Origin: Thermoanaerobaculia bacterium
Lineage (GTDB): Bacteria; Acidobacteriota; Thermoanaerobaculia; UBA5066; Gp7-AA6
DNA length: 64,000 bases
Assembly (NCBI GenBank): GCA_036558325.1
Contig: DATBFU010000067.1
Location: 5,536 to 69,535 of the forward strand
Direction of reading: 5' to 3'
The position numbers and the translations under genes are program-made. Below, one piece after another: positions 30,236-38,483 of the stretch; the stretch's first letter is position 1, and every line of letters starts with the position of its first letter. The notes under the pieces were generated by a model. That model made no database searches, had not been told where the DNA came from, and was given only the letters and a program-made list of their open reading frames with translations.

Positions 30236-31006
30236 GTGAAGGTCCATTTCGCGACGATTTTGGCGCTCGGGCTTCGGGTCTGGCTCGGGGCCGCCGGCAC
30301 CGCGTCGGCGGCGGAGGGGCCGGCCGATCGCGTCTATCCGTCCCACCTCATGGTGGATCAGGAGGTCGTGGTCGCCGCCCGGATCACCGGGATCGTGGAC
30401 GAGATCCTGGTCGATCGCGGGGCGTCCGTGGCCAAGGACCAGCCGCTCTGCCGCCTCGACGCCCGGGAGCTCGACGCCGAGGTCGCCGAGGCCAAGGAGC
30501 AGATGGACCTGAAGAAGCTCGAGCTCGAGCGGGCGAACCGGCTCTCCGACGGCAAGGTCCTTTCCGCGGCCGACCTCGACGAGAAGAAGGCCGAGTACCA
30601 GGTGGCGGTGGCGCAGTACGACCGCGTCCGGACCATGCGCGACTACACGGTGATCCGCGCGCCGTTCTCGGGCGTCGTGACCGAGAAATACGCGCGGGTG
30701 GGACAGAAGGTCATCGAGGATCGGGCGGAGCCGCTCTTCAAGATCACGGCCTCCGAGCCGCTCCTTGCGCGCGTGTACCTTCCCGAGGAGGATCTGCTCA
30801 AAGTGAAGCGCGGCGATCCGGTCGATGTGACCCTCGACCGGTTTCCGCGGGCGCGCGCGACCGGCACGGTCCAGTTTCTGAGCCCCACGGTCGACGCGGC
30901 GAGCGGCACCTTTCAGGTCGTCGTTCAGGTCCGACGCGACCCTTCGCTGCCGGAGCTGCGCCCCGGTGTGGCCGTGAAGGTGCACTTCCGCGGCTCGCGC
31001 AACTGA
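30236..31006 (+). CDS. HlyD-family periplasmic adaptor (membrane-fusion protein), short form with signal peptide
   Basis: GTG start. Signal MKVHFATILALGLRVWLGAAGTASA. Lipoyl-like and beta-barrel segments (VAARITGIVDEILVDRGASVAKDQPLCRLD...IRAPFSGVVTEKYARVGQKV). Confidence 0.75.
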   Translation: MKVHFATILALGLRVWLGAAGTASAAEGPADRVYPSHLMVDQEVVVAARITGIVDEILVDRGASVAKDQPLCRLDARELDAEVAEAKEQMDLKKLELERANRLSDGKVLSAADLDEKKAEYQVAVAQYDRVRTMRDYTVIRAPFSGVVTEKYARVGQKVIEDRAEPLFKITASEPLLARVYLPEEDLLKVKRGDPVDVTLDRFPRARATGTVQFLSPTVDAASGTFQVVVQVRRDPSLPELRPGVAVKVHFRGSRN

Positions 31007-31010
31007 GGGC

Positions 31011-31724
31011 ATGGCGGGCGGGCGCTCGTCGAAACGGCTGCGCGACGCGATCGATCGCGTCCTGATCCACGACATCAAGAACATGGGTTTCCGGCTGGAG
31101 ATGCTCCGGTCCAACCTGGACGAGCACTACGGCGAGCCCGAGTTCAAGCGCTCGGTCCAGGAGCTTCTGGCCGCGACCGTCGACCGGCTCGACAAGATCG
31201 TCGGACGCTTCGCGGCGCACGAGGACGCGGTCCTCATCAAGGTCGCGCTCGATCTGAACGCCCTGGTCCGCGACGTGGGCGACGCTCCGACGCGGCGCGG
31301 AGCGCGGCCGAGGCGCGCGGGAGGAGGCGAGCTCGGCCGGCTGTCTCTCGCCCTCGGAGAGGTGCCGCCGGTCTGGGGCGACCCGTACTATCTGCGCGAC
31401 GCGCTCGCGAGCCTCGTCGACAACGCGCTCGAGGCCGCCGGGCCGCCGGGCAAGGTTCTCGTGCGCAGCTTCGCGACCGGCAAAGGAGCCCGGCGGCGCG
31501 CCAACATCGAGATCATCGACAACGGCCCGGGCATGTCGGCCGACTTCGTCCGCGACCGCCTCTTCCAGCCGTTCCAGACGACCAAATCGGACGGCGTCGG
31601 CCTCGGCCTCTTCACGGCCAACCAGATCGTCCGCCACCACGGCGGGACCGTCCGTTTGAAGTCGCGCCCGGGGGAAGGCACGCTCGTCCGCCTGTCCTTT
31701 CCGGCGGTCCGGGCCGAGCCGTGA
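31011..31724 (+). CDS. sensor histidine kinase, cytoplasmic, no sensory or TM domain (HisKA+HATPase only)
   Basis: IHDIKN H-box. DNALEAA...IEIIDNGPGM...GVGLGLF are the N, G1 and G2 boxes. 237 aa. Confidence 0.8.
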   Translation: MAGGRSSKRLRDAIDRVLIHDIKNMGFRLEMLRSNLDEHYGEPEFKRSVQELLAATVDRLDKIVGRFAAHEDAVLIKVALDLNALVRDVGDAPTRRGARPRRAGGGELGRLSLALGEVPPVWGDPYYLRDALASLVDNALEAAGPPGKVLVRSFATGKGARRRANIEIIDNGPGMSADFVRDRLFQPFQTTKSDGVGLGLFTANQIVRHHGGTVRLKSRPGEGTLVRLSFPAVRAEP

Positions 31725-33097
31725 CGGCCGCCGAGGAACTGCCGCGGATCCTGATCGTCGAGGACGATCCCTTTCTCCTGGATCAGCTCCGTTTCGCGCT
31801 CTCGGGCCGGTTCGCCGTCACGGGAGCGCGCGACGCGACCGAGGGACGGGCGCATCTGGCGGGCGAAGCCGACGTCTATCTCTTCGACCTTCGCCTGCCG
31901 CCGTCCCACACCGTCGAAGAAGGCTTCGGCCTCCTTCGGGAGGTCCGGCGGCGCGACCCGGACGCCACGGTAGTCGTGATGTCCGGAGAGACCGAGCGGC
32001 GCGAGGCCCTGCGTGCGGTCGAGCTCGGCGCCTTCGACTTCTTTCGCAAGCCGGTGGACGCGGCCGAGCTGCTCGTCATCCTGACGCGCGCCCTCGAGCG
32101 CCGCCGTCTCCTCGCCGAGAATCGCACCCTGCGTCTGGAGACGAAGGCGCCCGGCCCCTTCGACCGGCTGGTGGGGGAGAGCTCCGTCATGCGCCGGCTC
32201 CTCGACGAGATCCGGCGGCTGGCGCCTTCCGACGCCACGGTGCTCGTCGTCGGCGAGAGCGGCACCGGCAAGGAGCTCGTCGCGCACGCGATCCACGACG
32301 GAAGCCCGCGCGCGAAACGTCCGTTCGTGGCCGTCAACGCCGCGGCGCTGCCGGAGGCGCTCGCCGAATCCGAGCTCTTCGGGCACGAGAAGGGAGCGTT
32401 CACGGGGGCCGTGTCGTCGCGCCCCGGCCGCTTCGAGCTCGCGGCCGGCGGAACGCTTTTCCTCGACGAGGTCGGGACGCTCTCGCCGGCGATCCAGGCG
32501 AAGCTCCTGCGCGCCATCGAGTCCCGTCAGATCGAGCGGGTCGGCGGACAGCGCACCATTCCGGTGGATCTGCGGCTCGTCTCGGCGACCAACGAAGACC
32601 TGGACGGCGCCGTCGCCCGCGGGAGCTTCCGCGAGGATCTCTATTACCGGATCAATACCGTGCCGATCCGAATTCCGCCGCTCCGCGAGCGGCTGGAGGA
32701 TCTGGAACCCCTGTCGGCGCACTTCCTCGCGAAGTACGGCGAGCGGCACCGGCGGCCCGGCCGGCGTCTCGGTTCGGGCGTCCTCGAGCGCCTGCGCCAG
32801 CATCCCTGGCGCGGCAACGTGCGGGAGCTCGAGCACGTGATCGAGATGCTGGTGCTCTTCTCCGACCAGGAGGAGATCGGTCCGGAGGACCTGCCGCGCG
32901 TGCTGCGCGACCGGGCGGGCGCGGCGTCGGGCCGACCAGCCGGCGGCCTGCCGTTCGCCAGGGCCGTCGAGGAGTTCGAGAAGAGCCTTCTCGCCCAGGC
33001 GATCGCCGACGCGGGAGGGGTCAAGGCCGAGGCCGCCCGAAGGCTGGGACTCGACGGCAACCAGATCAAGTACCTCTGCAGGAAATACGGCCTCTAG
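31721..33097 (+). CDS. sigma-54-dependent Fis-family response regulator (NtrC-type: REC + AAA+ + HTH)
   Basis: GTG overlaps the HK stop. ILIVEDD...D(54) REC, GESGTGKE Walker A, GAFTGA sigma-54 contact motif, C-terminal Fis HTH. Confidence 0.9.
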   Translation: MTAAEELPRILIVEDDPFLLDQLRFALSGRFAVTGARDATEGRAHLAGEADVYLFDLRLPPSHTVEEGFGLLREVRRRDPDATVVVMSGETERREALRAVELGAFDFFRKPVDAAELLVILTRALERRRLLAENRTLRLETKAPGPFDRLVGESSVMRRLLDEIRRLAPSDATVLVVGESGTGKELVAHAIHDGSPRAKRPFVAVNAAALPEALAESELFGHEKGAFTGAVSSRPGRFELAAGGTLFLDEVGTLSPAIQAKLLRAIESRQIERVGGQRTIPVDLRLVSATNEDLDGAVARGSFREDLYYRINTVPIRIPPLRERLEDLEPLSAHFLAKYGERHRRPGRRLGSGVLERLRQHPWRGNVRELEHVIEMLVLFSDQEEIGPEDLPRVLRDRAGAASGRPAGGLPFARAVEEFEKSLLAQAIADAGGVKAEAARRLGLDGNQIKYLCRKYGL

Positions 33098-33109
33098 CCG
33101 GGCGCCGGG

Positions 33110-33135
33110 GTTGAAGAATTCAACCGCCGGTTGAA
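33110..33135 (+). promoter_or_regulatory. putative enhancer (UAS) for the NtrC-type activator: GTTGAA-N3-TTCAAC inverted repeat plus a second GTTGAA
   Basis: gGTTGAAgaaTTCAACcgccgGTTGAAaaatc lies about 120 bp upstream of the sigma-54 promoter. An AT-rich bendable spacer (33140-33215) lies between. Confidence 0.35.
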
Positions 33136-33228
33136 AAATCTTTCTCTTTGACCGCTGATGGAGGTCCCGGCAATCTATGAAATCATTTCTTTTCAAAGGT
33201 TTGGATGAGGCGTCGCAGGCGCCGGCGG

Positions 33229-33245
33229 TTGGTCCCAACCTTGCG
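33229..33245 (+). promoter_or_regulatory. sigma-54 (RpoN) promoter, -24 GG / -12 GC
   Basis: TTGGTCCCAACCTTGCG fits TGGYRYR-N4-TTGCW with exact GG-N10-GC spacing. It lies 33 nt upstream of the AAGGAGGG RBS and the ATG at 33278. Confidence 0.55.
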
Positions 33246-33277
33246 ATATCGGCTGTCAGAGCAAGGAGGGAACTGAA

Positions 33278-33805
33278 ATGGCGAACGAAGTGAGAATCAA
33301 GCTGACGGACGAGCAGAAGGCGAAGATCAAGGAAGCCACGGGCAAGGACATGCCGGAGATCCGGGTCGGCAGCCTCGGCGACAACCCCGCCCTCTCGGCG
33401 AAGACGGTCGCCCCGCACGCCTCGGCGCGCAACATCCACGCCGCCCGTAACGTCCAGGCGGCCCGTAACGTCCAGGCGGCCCGTAACGTCCAGGCGGCCC
33501 GCAACGTCCAGGCGGCCCGCAACGTCCAGGCGGCCCGAAACGTCCAGGCGGCGCGCAACGTCCAGGCCGCCCGCAACGTCGCGGCGGCGAAAAGCATCTC
33601 GGCAGCCAAGAACATCGCGGCAGCCAAGAACATCGCGGCGGCCAAGAACATCTCCGCGGCCAAGAACATCACGGCCGCCAAGACGGTCTCCCCGCGCAAC
33701 ATGGCCCGCAACCTGTCGGCCCGCAACGCGACGCGCAATCTCTCGGCGCGCAACGCGAGCCGGAATCTGTCCTCCCGCAACTCGACGCGCGGCACGACCA
33801 AGTAA
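33278..33805 (+). CDS. repeat protein of unknown function: about 45-aa N-terminal region followed by about 14 tandem hexapeptide repeats ([RK]N[IV]xAA) and 9-mer RNxxRNLSA repeats rich in N-x-S/T
   Basis: Strong RBS and ATG. 18-bp perfect and near-perfect DNA tandem repeats from about 33443. Sigma-54 promoter upstream, rho-independent terminator downstream. No homolog recognised. Confidence 0.7.
   Translation: MANEVRIKLTDEQKAKIKEATGKDMPEIRVGSLGDNPALSAKTVAPHASARNIHAARNVQAARNVQAARNVQAARNVQAARNVQAARNVQAARNVQAARNVAAAKSISAAKNIAAAKNIAAAKNISAAKNITAAKTVSPRNMARNLSARNATRNLSARNASRNLSSRNSTRGTTK
33443..33790 (+). repeat. in-frame tandem repeat tract (14 x 18 bp units GCCCGYAACGTCCAGGCG / GCCAAGAACATCGCGGCR, then 27-bp units)
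   Basis: The first three units are identical; later units drift. Entirely coding within 33278..33805. Confidence 0.85.
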
Positions 33806-33827
33806 CCTCGCGCCACCGGATCTTCGA

Positions 33828-33858
33828 GCGCCCCGCCTCGGCGGGGCGCTTTCTTTTT
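33828..33858 (+). terminator. rho-independent terminator (GCGCCCCGCC-tcg-GCGGGGCGC + TTTCTTTTT)
   Basis: Perfect 9-10 bp GC stem followed by a U-tract 22 nt after the repeat-gene stop. The stop codon of the convergent gene lies within the T-tract. Confidence 0.65.
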
Positions 33859-36080
33859 CACCAGAGGACGGTCTGGAGCCAGCGCTTCAGGACCCGGAAC
33901 GTGCTTCCGAGGACCGAGGCGCGGGGCCCGGAGATCTTGGCGAGCCCCGTCATTCCGGGCCGGAGCGAGCGGTCCGCGTTGTCGAACTCCGCCCGGGCGA
34001 CGAATCGGTCGGGACGAGCCGGCGGAGCGGACGGGTCGGCGGTGGACGAGGGCGTCGCGGGATGCTCGAGCGTCGCCGCCGAGACCTCGACGATCCGTCC
34101 ATGGGCGGGCCGAAGCGGCCGGCCCGGCAGCATGGCGGAGACCTCCTCGCCGACCTTCACGTCGTCGAGACGGCGTTCCGAGAAATCCAGGTCGGCGCGG
34201 AGCTTCCGCAGGTCGCCCACCTCGGCGAGCATCGTTCCGGCCAGGACGTGACGGCCGCTCCAGTCGGCGGTGCGCGCCGTCAGCACGGTCCCGGCGATCG
34301 GGCTGCGGACCACGAGCCTTTCCTGGCGGGCCCGATCGCTCGAGAGCTCCGATTCGACCGAAGCTCCCCGGCGCTCCGCCGCATACGCCAGCGCCGGATC
34401 GCTTTCGCCGCGCGCACGGTTCGCCTCCTTCTCGAGGTACCCGCGCTCGGCCGAGAGCTCCCGTCCGCGCGAAGCGAGGGCCGGGCTCGCGAGCCGAAAG
34501 ATGGGCTGGCCGGCCGCGACGACGTCGCCTTCGTTCGCCAGGACCTCGGCCACGACGGCGTTCTCCGGAGCTTCGAGGCGCGCCTCGGTCGAGGCCCGCA
34601 GCCGGATGTCGGTGCGGACCTTGCGATGCGTCCAGGGCACGAGGAGAACGACCGCGAGAAGAGCGACGCCCGCGAGCAGAGGCTTCCGGCTGCGGCTGGA
34701 CATGATGAGGTCCTTCTTGTCGAGATAGAAGAGACGGCCCGTCCGCGTCACGAGCCGGACGCGTTTGCGGAAGAGCCGCAGCAGCGTCAGGACCAGAAGC
34801 AGGACGGCGAGATTCGGGAAGTATTTCGAGTAGAAGTTGTAAAAGAGTCCGCCGATGAACGCCATCACGACGCCGATGTAGGCGAGCGCGAGCGGAGCGT
34901 AGATCCAGTAGATGCGCCGCTTGCGCCGCGAGGCCTCGGGGATCTCGACGGGCAGTCGCAGCACTTTCGCCTGGAAAAGGGCGCCGAGATATCGGAACGA
35001 CTCCTCCCGAAGCTCGGGGATCTCGAGGACGCTCGAGAGCGCGTAGTAGCCGTCGATCTTGATGAGCGGGTTGATGTTGAAGAAGACGGTCGACGCCCCC
35101 GTAAAGAGCATCGTCTTGTAGGCGAACTCGTTCAGGAAGCTGTCCGGATACGACACGACCCAGAGGAACGTCGCGGCGAAACAGATGAAACCTTCGATGT
35201 AGATGCCCGCGGTCGTGACCCAGAGCCGGTGCCATTTGCTCTCGAAGAGAAGCGAATCCGTCGTGTCGCAGTAGAAGGCCGGCGTGAAGTACAGGAGCGC
35301 GATGCCGATGTCGTGCACCTCGCCCCCGTAGAACTTCGTCGTGTAGGCGTGGGCGAACTCGTGGATGCATCCGATGATCGAGAGCAGGAGGAAGAACTGG
35401 ATCGCATCGAGCAGCGGCTTCTTCAGAAAGGCGTAAAGCTCGAGCGTGCCGGACCAGATCGGCTGCCAGTGCTGGACGAAGATGCCGACCGTCCAGAGCA
35501 CCGCGAGGCACCAGACGAGGACGACCGGAGGCGTCCAGATCCAGCGCACGTATTTCGCCGTGCGCACGAGGAATCGCTCGGGATCGAGCACGTGGAAAGG
35601 AATGAAGAAGATGTTGCGGCCCTCGGCCTTCTCCTCCGCGGCGCGCTGGCGCGCGGTCTTGGCCCGGGCGAGCAGCTGGAGGTTGCGTTCGGCCACGCCC
35701 TGCTCGATGAGGTCGACCTTCCGGAGCATTTCCTCGAAGTCGAGGACGAGCGTCGCCGAGATCTCGTCCCGCGGGAACTCGCGCCGGTAGTCCTCGAGGA
35801 TCTCCGTTCGCGTCCGTGTGCCGTCGAAGAGCTGGATGAGGCCCCACTCGGCGTCCGAGAAGTTGTAGTACTTGATCGTCTCGGGGTTCTTCACCACCCA
35901 CGTGACTTCGCCCATCTGGACGACGCGGCGGATGACGAGGTCGCCTCGGAGGGCGGGCCGGTCGCCGGCGGCGCCGTGCTTTTCCGCGAGCGCGGCGGCC
36001 GCGTCCCCCGTGCGGGCGGCGAGGAGGCCCCCGGGCCGCGCGCTCAGGGCAGGAGCGGCCAGACCTTTCTCCAGAGCCAT
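33858..36080 (-). CDS. tri-domain fusion: PqqD-like RiPP recognition element + S2P/M50 intramembrane zinc metalloprotease + HlyD-like periplasmic adaptor domain
   Basis: N-terminal PALRGDLVIRRV...YNFSDAEWGLIQLFDGTRTRTEILEDY is PqqD-like. HEFAH zinc motif in a TM helix and NPLIKIDGYY (S2P NPDG-type motif). C-terminal TM then the lipoyl/beta-barrel region (VVAEVLANEGDVVAAGQPIFRLAS...VVRSPIAGTVL). No stop between domains. ATG 36078-36080 overlaps the upstream gene by 37 nt; alternative ATG 35915. Confidence 0.7.
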   Translation of the reverse strand: MALEKGLAAPALSARPGGLLAARTGDAAAALAEKHGAAGDRPALRGDLVIRRVVQMGEVTWVVKNPETIKYYNFSDAEWGLIQLFDGTRTRTEILEDYRREFPRDEISATLVLDFEEMLRKVDLIEQGVAERNLQLLARAKTARQRAAEEKAEGRNIFFIPFHVLDPERFLVRTAKYVRWIWTPPVVLVWCLAVLWTVGIFVQHWQPIWSGTLELYAFLKKPLLDAIQFFLLLSIIGCIHEFAHAYTTKFYGGEVHDIGIALLYFTPAFYCDTTDSLLFESKWHRLWVTTAGIYIEGFICFAATFLWVVSYPDSFLNEFAYKTMLFTGASTVFFNINPLIKIDGYYALSSVLEIPELREESFRYLGALFQAKVLRLPVEIPEASRRKRRIYWIYAPLALAYIGVVMAFIGGLFYNFYSKYFPNLAVLLLVLTLLRLFRKRVRLVTRTGRLFYLDKKDLIMSSRSRKPLLAGVALLAVVLLVPWTHRKVRTDIRLRASTEARLEAPENAVVAEVLANEGDVVAAGQPIFRLASPALASRGRELSAERGYLEKEANRARGESDPALAYAAERRGASVESELSSDRARQERLVVRSPIAGTVLTARTADWSGRHVLAGTMLAEVGDLRKLRADLDFSERRLDDVKVGEEVSAMLPGRPLRPAHGRIVEVSAATLEHPATPSSTADPSAPPARPDRFVARAEFDNADRSLRPGMTGLAKISGPRASVLGSTFRVLKRWLQTVLW

Positions 36081-38464
36081 CGGGCGGGCTTGCGCAGGAG
36101 CAGCGTCGCGATGCTTCGCCGGCCGGCCCAGACCTTTCCCGTGCCGACCATTCCCGTCTTGAGCGCTCCGCCCGGGTTCTCGGCGCGGACCTCGGCGATG
36201 AGGAACCGGTTGTCGCCCTCCTCCCGGACGCGGGCGCCGAGGCGCATCACCGAGCCCGGGAACGTCCGCGTCGGATACGGGTTGATCTTCAGGGCGACCC
36301 GCTGCCCGACGGCGACGAGCGCCGCGTCCGCCTCGGGCACGGCGACCTCGGCCGTGACGGTGCCCGCGTCGGCGACGACGGCAAGCTCGTCGCCGCGATG
36401 AAAGAACTGGCCGACCCGCTCCTCGATCCGCGGCGTCACGATGACGCCGGAGGCCGGCGCGGTCAGGCGCGTTCGCGCGAGCTCTTCCTTCGCGAGGGCG
36501 ACGCGCGCGTCGAGCTCGTCGCGCCGCGACTGCGCCTCGAACATGCGGGCGGAATCGCCCGCCTCCCGGTAGCGCGCGACGTCGCTCGAAGCGATCGCAA
36601 GGTCCGCCTGCGCGTCGGCCAGGCGCGCCGCGTACGCCTCGTCCTTGAGCGTCGCGATGACCTCGCCCGCGGCGACGTGGTCGCCCTCGTGCTTCTGCAC
36701 CGAAGCGAGGACGCCGTCCACGCCGGCCGTCACCGAGCCGCGCGAGGCCGGGCGGACGCGGGCCGGCCCGGCGATGCGCAGCCGCCACGGAACGACACAG
36801 AGGAGCAGGGCGGCCGCGAGGCCCCCGATCCAGACCGCGCGGCGGCGCTTCGGAGCCTCGCCGAGCGCACGGCGTTTGGCCGCGAGCGGTTTCCAGAAGC
36901 CCACGAGCGGCACCTGGCGGTAGAGCTGCGCGTTGCGGACGGCCACGGTCGCCTGGTTGACGAGGATCTGGAGCAGGTCGCGCGTCTCGCCGTCGAAGAC
37001 GAGGGGATCCCTGCTCTCGAACGCGAGCACGCCGAGCTTGCCCTCCTCGTCGGCGAGAAGGGCGGCATGAAACGAGCGCAGGCCCGTCTCCTCGAAGACG
37101 GCGCGGAACTTCTCTTCGGTCTCCGGACGGTCCGCCGTCAGCGCGCCGTCGGGCGTCTGGGTCACCGAGACGTTTTGGCCGGAGAAGAAGACCCACTGGA
37201 GCAGCTCCTCGAGCCGCTTGACCTCGGGCTTCGAGCGGTCGACCTCGTTGGCGCCGGAGATCGCGCCGAGCCGCATCTTTCCCTTCTCGAGGATACCGAT
37301 CGCGCAGCGGTCGTACGTGATGAGCGCCGCCGTCGCGTTGACGATCGTCTGCATGACCTTGTCGAGATCGAGGGTCGCCGTGATCTCCCGGCTCACGGCG
37401 AGAAGGGCGTCGAGCTCTTCAACCTTTTTCTCCGCCTCGTGCTGGCGCGCGGTGCGCAGCGCGCGGACGGCCTGCCGCGCGACGTCCTGGAGCAGCTCCT
37501 CGTCCTCGGGCGCGAACTCGGGATGTCGCCCGCGCTTGTTCGCGAGCACGAGCGCTCCGACCGAAGCCTGCTCCTCGATGAGCGGCACGGCCAGGACGGA
37601 GCGGATCGGGTAGCCGTCGACCTCGGCGGCCAGAGGATCGTCGTCCGGGATCCGATTCCTCCGCAGCGCGCTCTGTTCGGCCAGGACGTCTCCGGCGATC
37701 GACGCGCCGACGGCTTCGGGCGCGGGCGAGATCTCGTAGTTGTCGTTGATCGCCGTCGCGGCGAGGGTCGCGTCGTCGCCCGAGAGGAGCCAGAGCGATC
37801 CGGTCTCAGCCGTCGCGAAGTCGACCGCCTTGCGGACGATCAGCGCCGCGAGCTCCTGCGGCACGATCGTGCCCCCGAAGGCCTTCGAGAGGTCGTAGAG
37901 GTTCGTGAGCCGCTCGATGGCGCGGAGCATCCCGACGGTCTTGCGCTCGGCGCGCAGGGCCCGGCCGAGCGCCGGCGCCGCGTCTTCGAGAAAGCCCGAG
38001 AGCCGCGCGAGCGCCGCATCGGGGTCCTGGCGCCGCCGGAAGAGGAGCACGAGGAGCGCGACGACGAAGCCCTCGGCTTCGAGGGGTAGAGCCACCGCGA
38101 TCTCGGTCCCCGCGGGCATCCCGCGGAGGAACGGGTCGTCGGCCGCGGCGAGCTCCGAGCGCTCGAGCGCGATCGCATGTCGGTCCCGGACGAGCTCCCA
38201 GGCCACCCCCGAATCCCGCGGCACCGAGCGTCGGCGGAAGCCGTCGGTGCCCTCGCCCGCGTTGCCGATGCACAGAAAGAGGGGATGAACGGTGTCCGGC
38301 GCCCAGAGGAGCGCGCCGTCGGCCTGGGCCATCTCGGCGCTCCACCGGGCCGCCCAGCCGGAGGTCTGAGAGAGGTTCTCGCAGAGCGCGAGCTCCGCGA
38401 GCGCCGAGACGGGGCGTTCCCCGTCGTGCCCCTCCGGGCCCCCTCCCTCCGGCTCGTCGGGCAT
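36044..38464 (-). CDS. three N-terminal GAF domains + TM + HlyD-family adaptor domain protein
   Basis: AGGAGA RBS. Three GAF-like blocks in residues 1-520, one TM (AVWIGGLAAALLLCVVPW), then the HlyD lipoyl/beta-barrel region (GVDGVLASVQKHEGDHVAAGEVIATLKDEAY...RLTAPASGVIVTP). Confidence 0.75.
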   Translation of the reverse strand: MPDEPEGGGPEGHDGERPVSALAELALCENLSQTSGWAARWSAEMAQADGALLWAPDTVHPLFLCIGNAGEGTDGFRRRSVPRDSGVAWELVRDRHAIALERSELAAADDPFLRGMPAGTEIAVALPLEAEGFVVALLVLLFRRRQDPDAALARLSGFLEDAAPALGRALRAERKTVGMLRAIERLTNLYDLSKAFGGTIVPQELAALIVRKAVDFATAETGSLWLLSGDDATLAATAINDNYEISPAPEAVGASIAGDVLAEQSALRRNRIPDDDPLAAEVDGYPIRSVLAVPLIEEQASVGALVLANKRGRHPEFAPEDEELLQDVARQAVRALRTARQHEAEKKVEELDALLAVSREITATLDLDKVMQTIVNATAALITYDRCAIGILEKGKMRLGAISGANEVDRSKPEVKRLEELLQWVFFSGQNVSVTQTPDGALTADRPETEEKFRAVFEETGLRSFHAALLADEEGKLGVLAFESRDPLVFDGETRDLLQILVNQATVAVRNAQLYRQVPLVGFWKPLAAKRRALGEAPKRRRAVWIGGLAAALLLCVVPWRLRIAGPARVRPASRGSVTAGVDGVLASVQKHEGDHVAAGEVIATLKDEAYAARLADAQADLAIASSDVARYREAGDSARMFEAQSRRDELDARVALAKEELARTRLTAPASGVIVTPRIEERVGQFFHRGDELAVVADAGTVTAEVAVPEADAALVAVGQRVALKINPYPTRTFPGSVMRLGARVREEGDNRFLIAEVRAENPGGALKTGMVGTGKVWAGRRSIATLLLRKPARWLWRKVWPLLP

Positions 38465-38483
38465 GCGATCTCCTGATTTCTTC

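Noticed and set aside
33176-33292. 39-codon uORF (MKSFLFKGLDEASQ...) with GGAGGT RBS upstream of the repeat gene
   Set aside because: It spans the sigma-54 -24/-12 elements and the downstream gene start. It more likely reflects the AT-rich activator/bending region than a translated peptide.
33443-33790. 18-bp tandem repeats that might be mistaken for a CRISPR array or minisatellite
   Set aside because: Units are contiguous with no spacers and are entirely in-frame inside a coding gene with RBS, promoter and terminator. They are not CRISPR.
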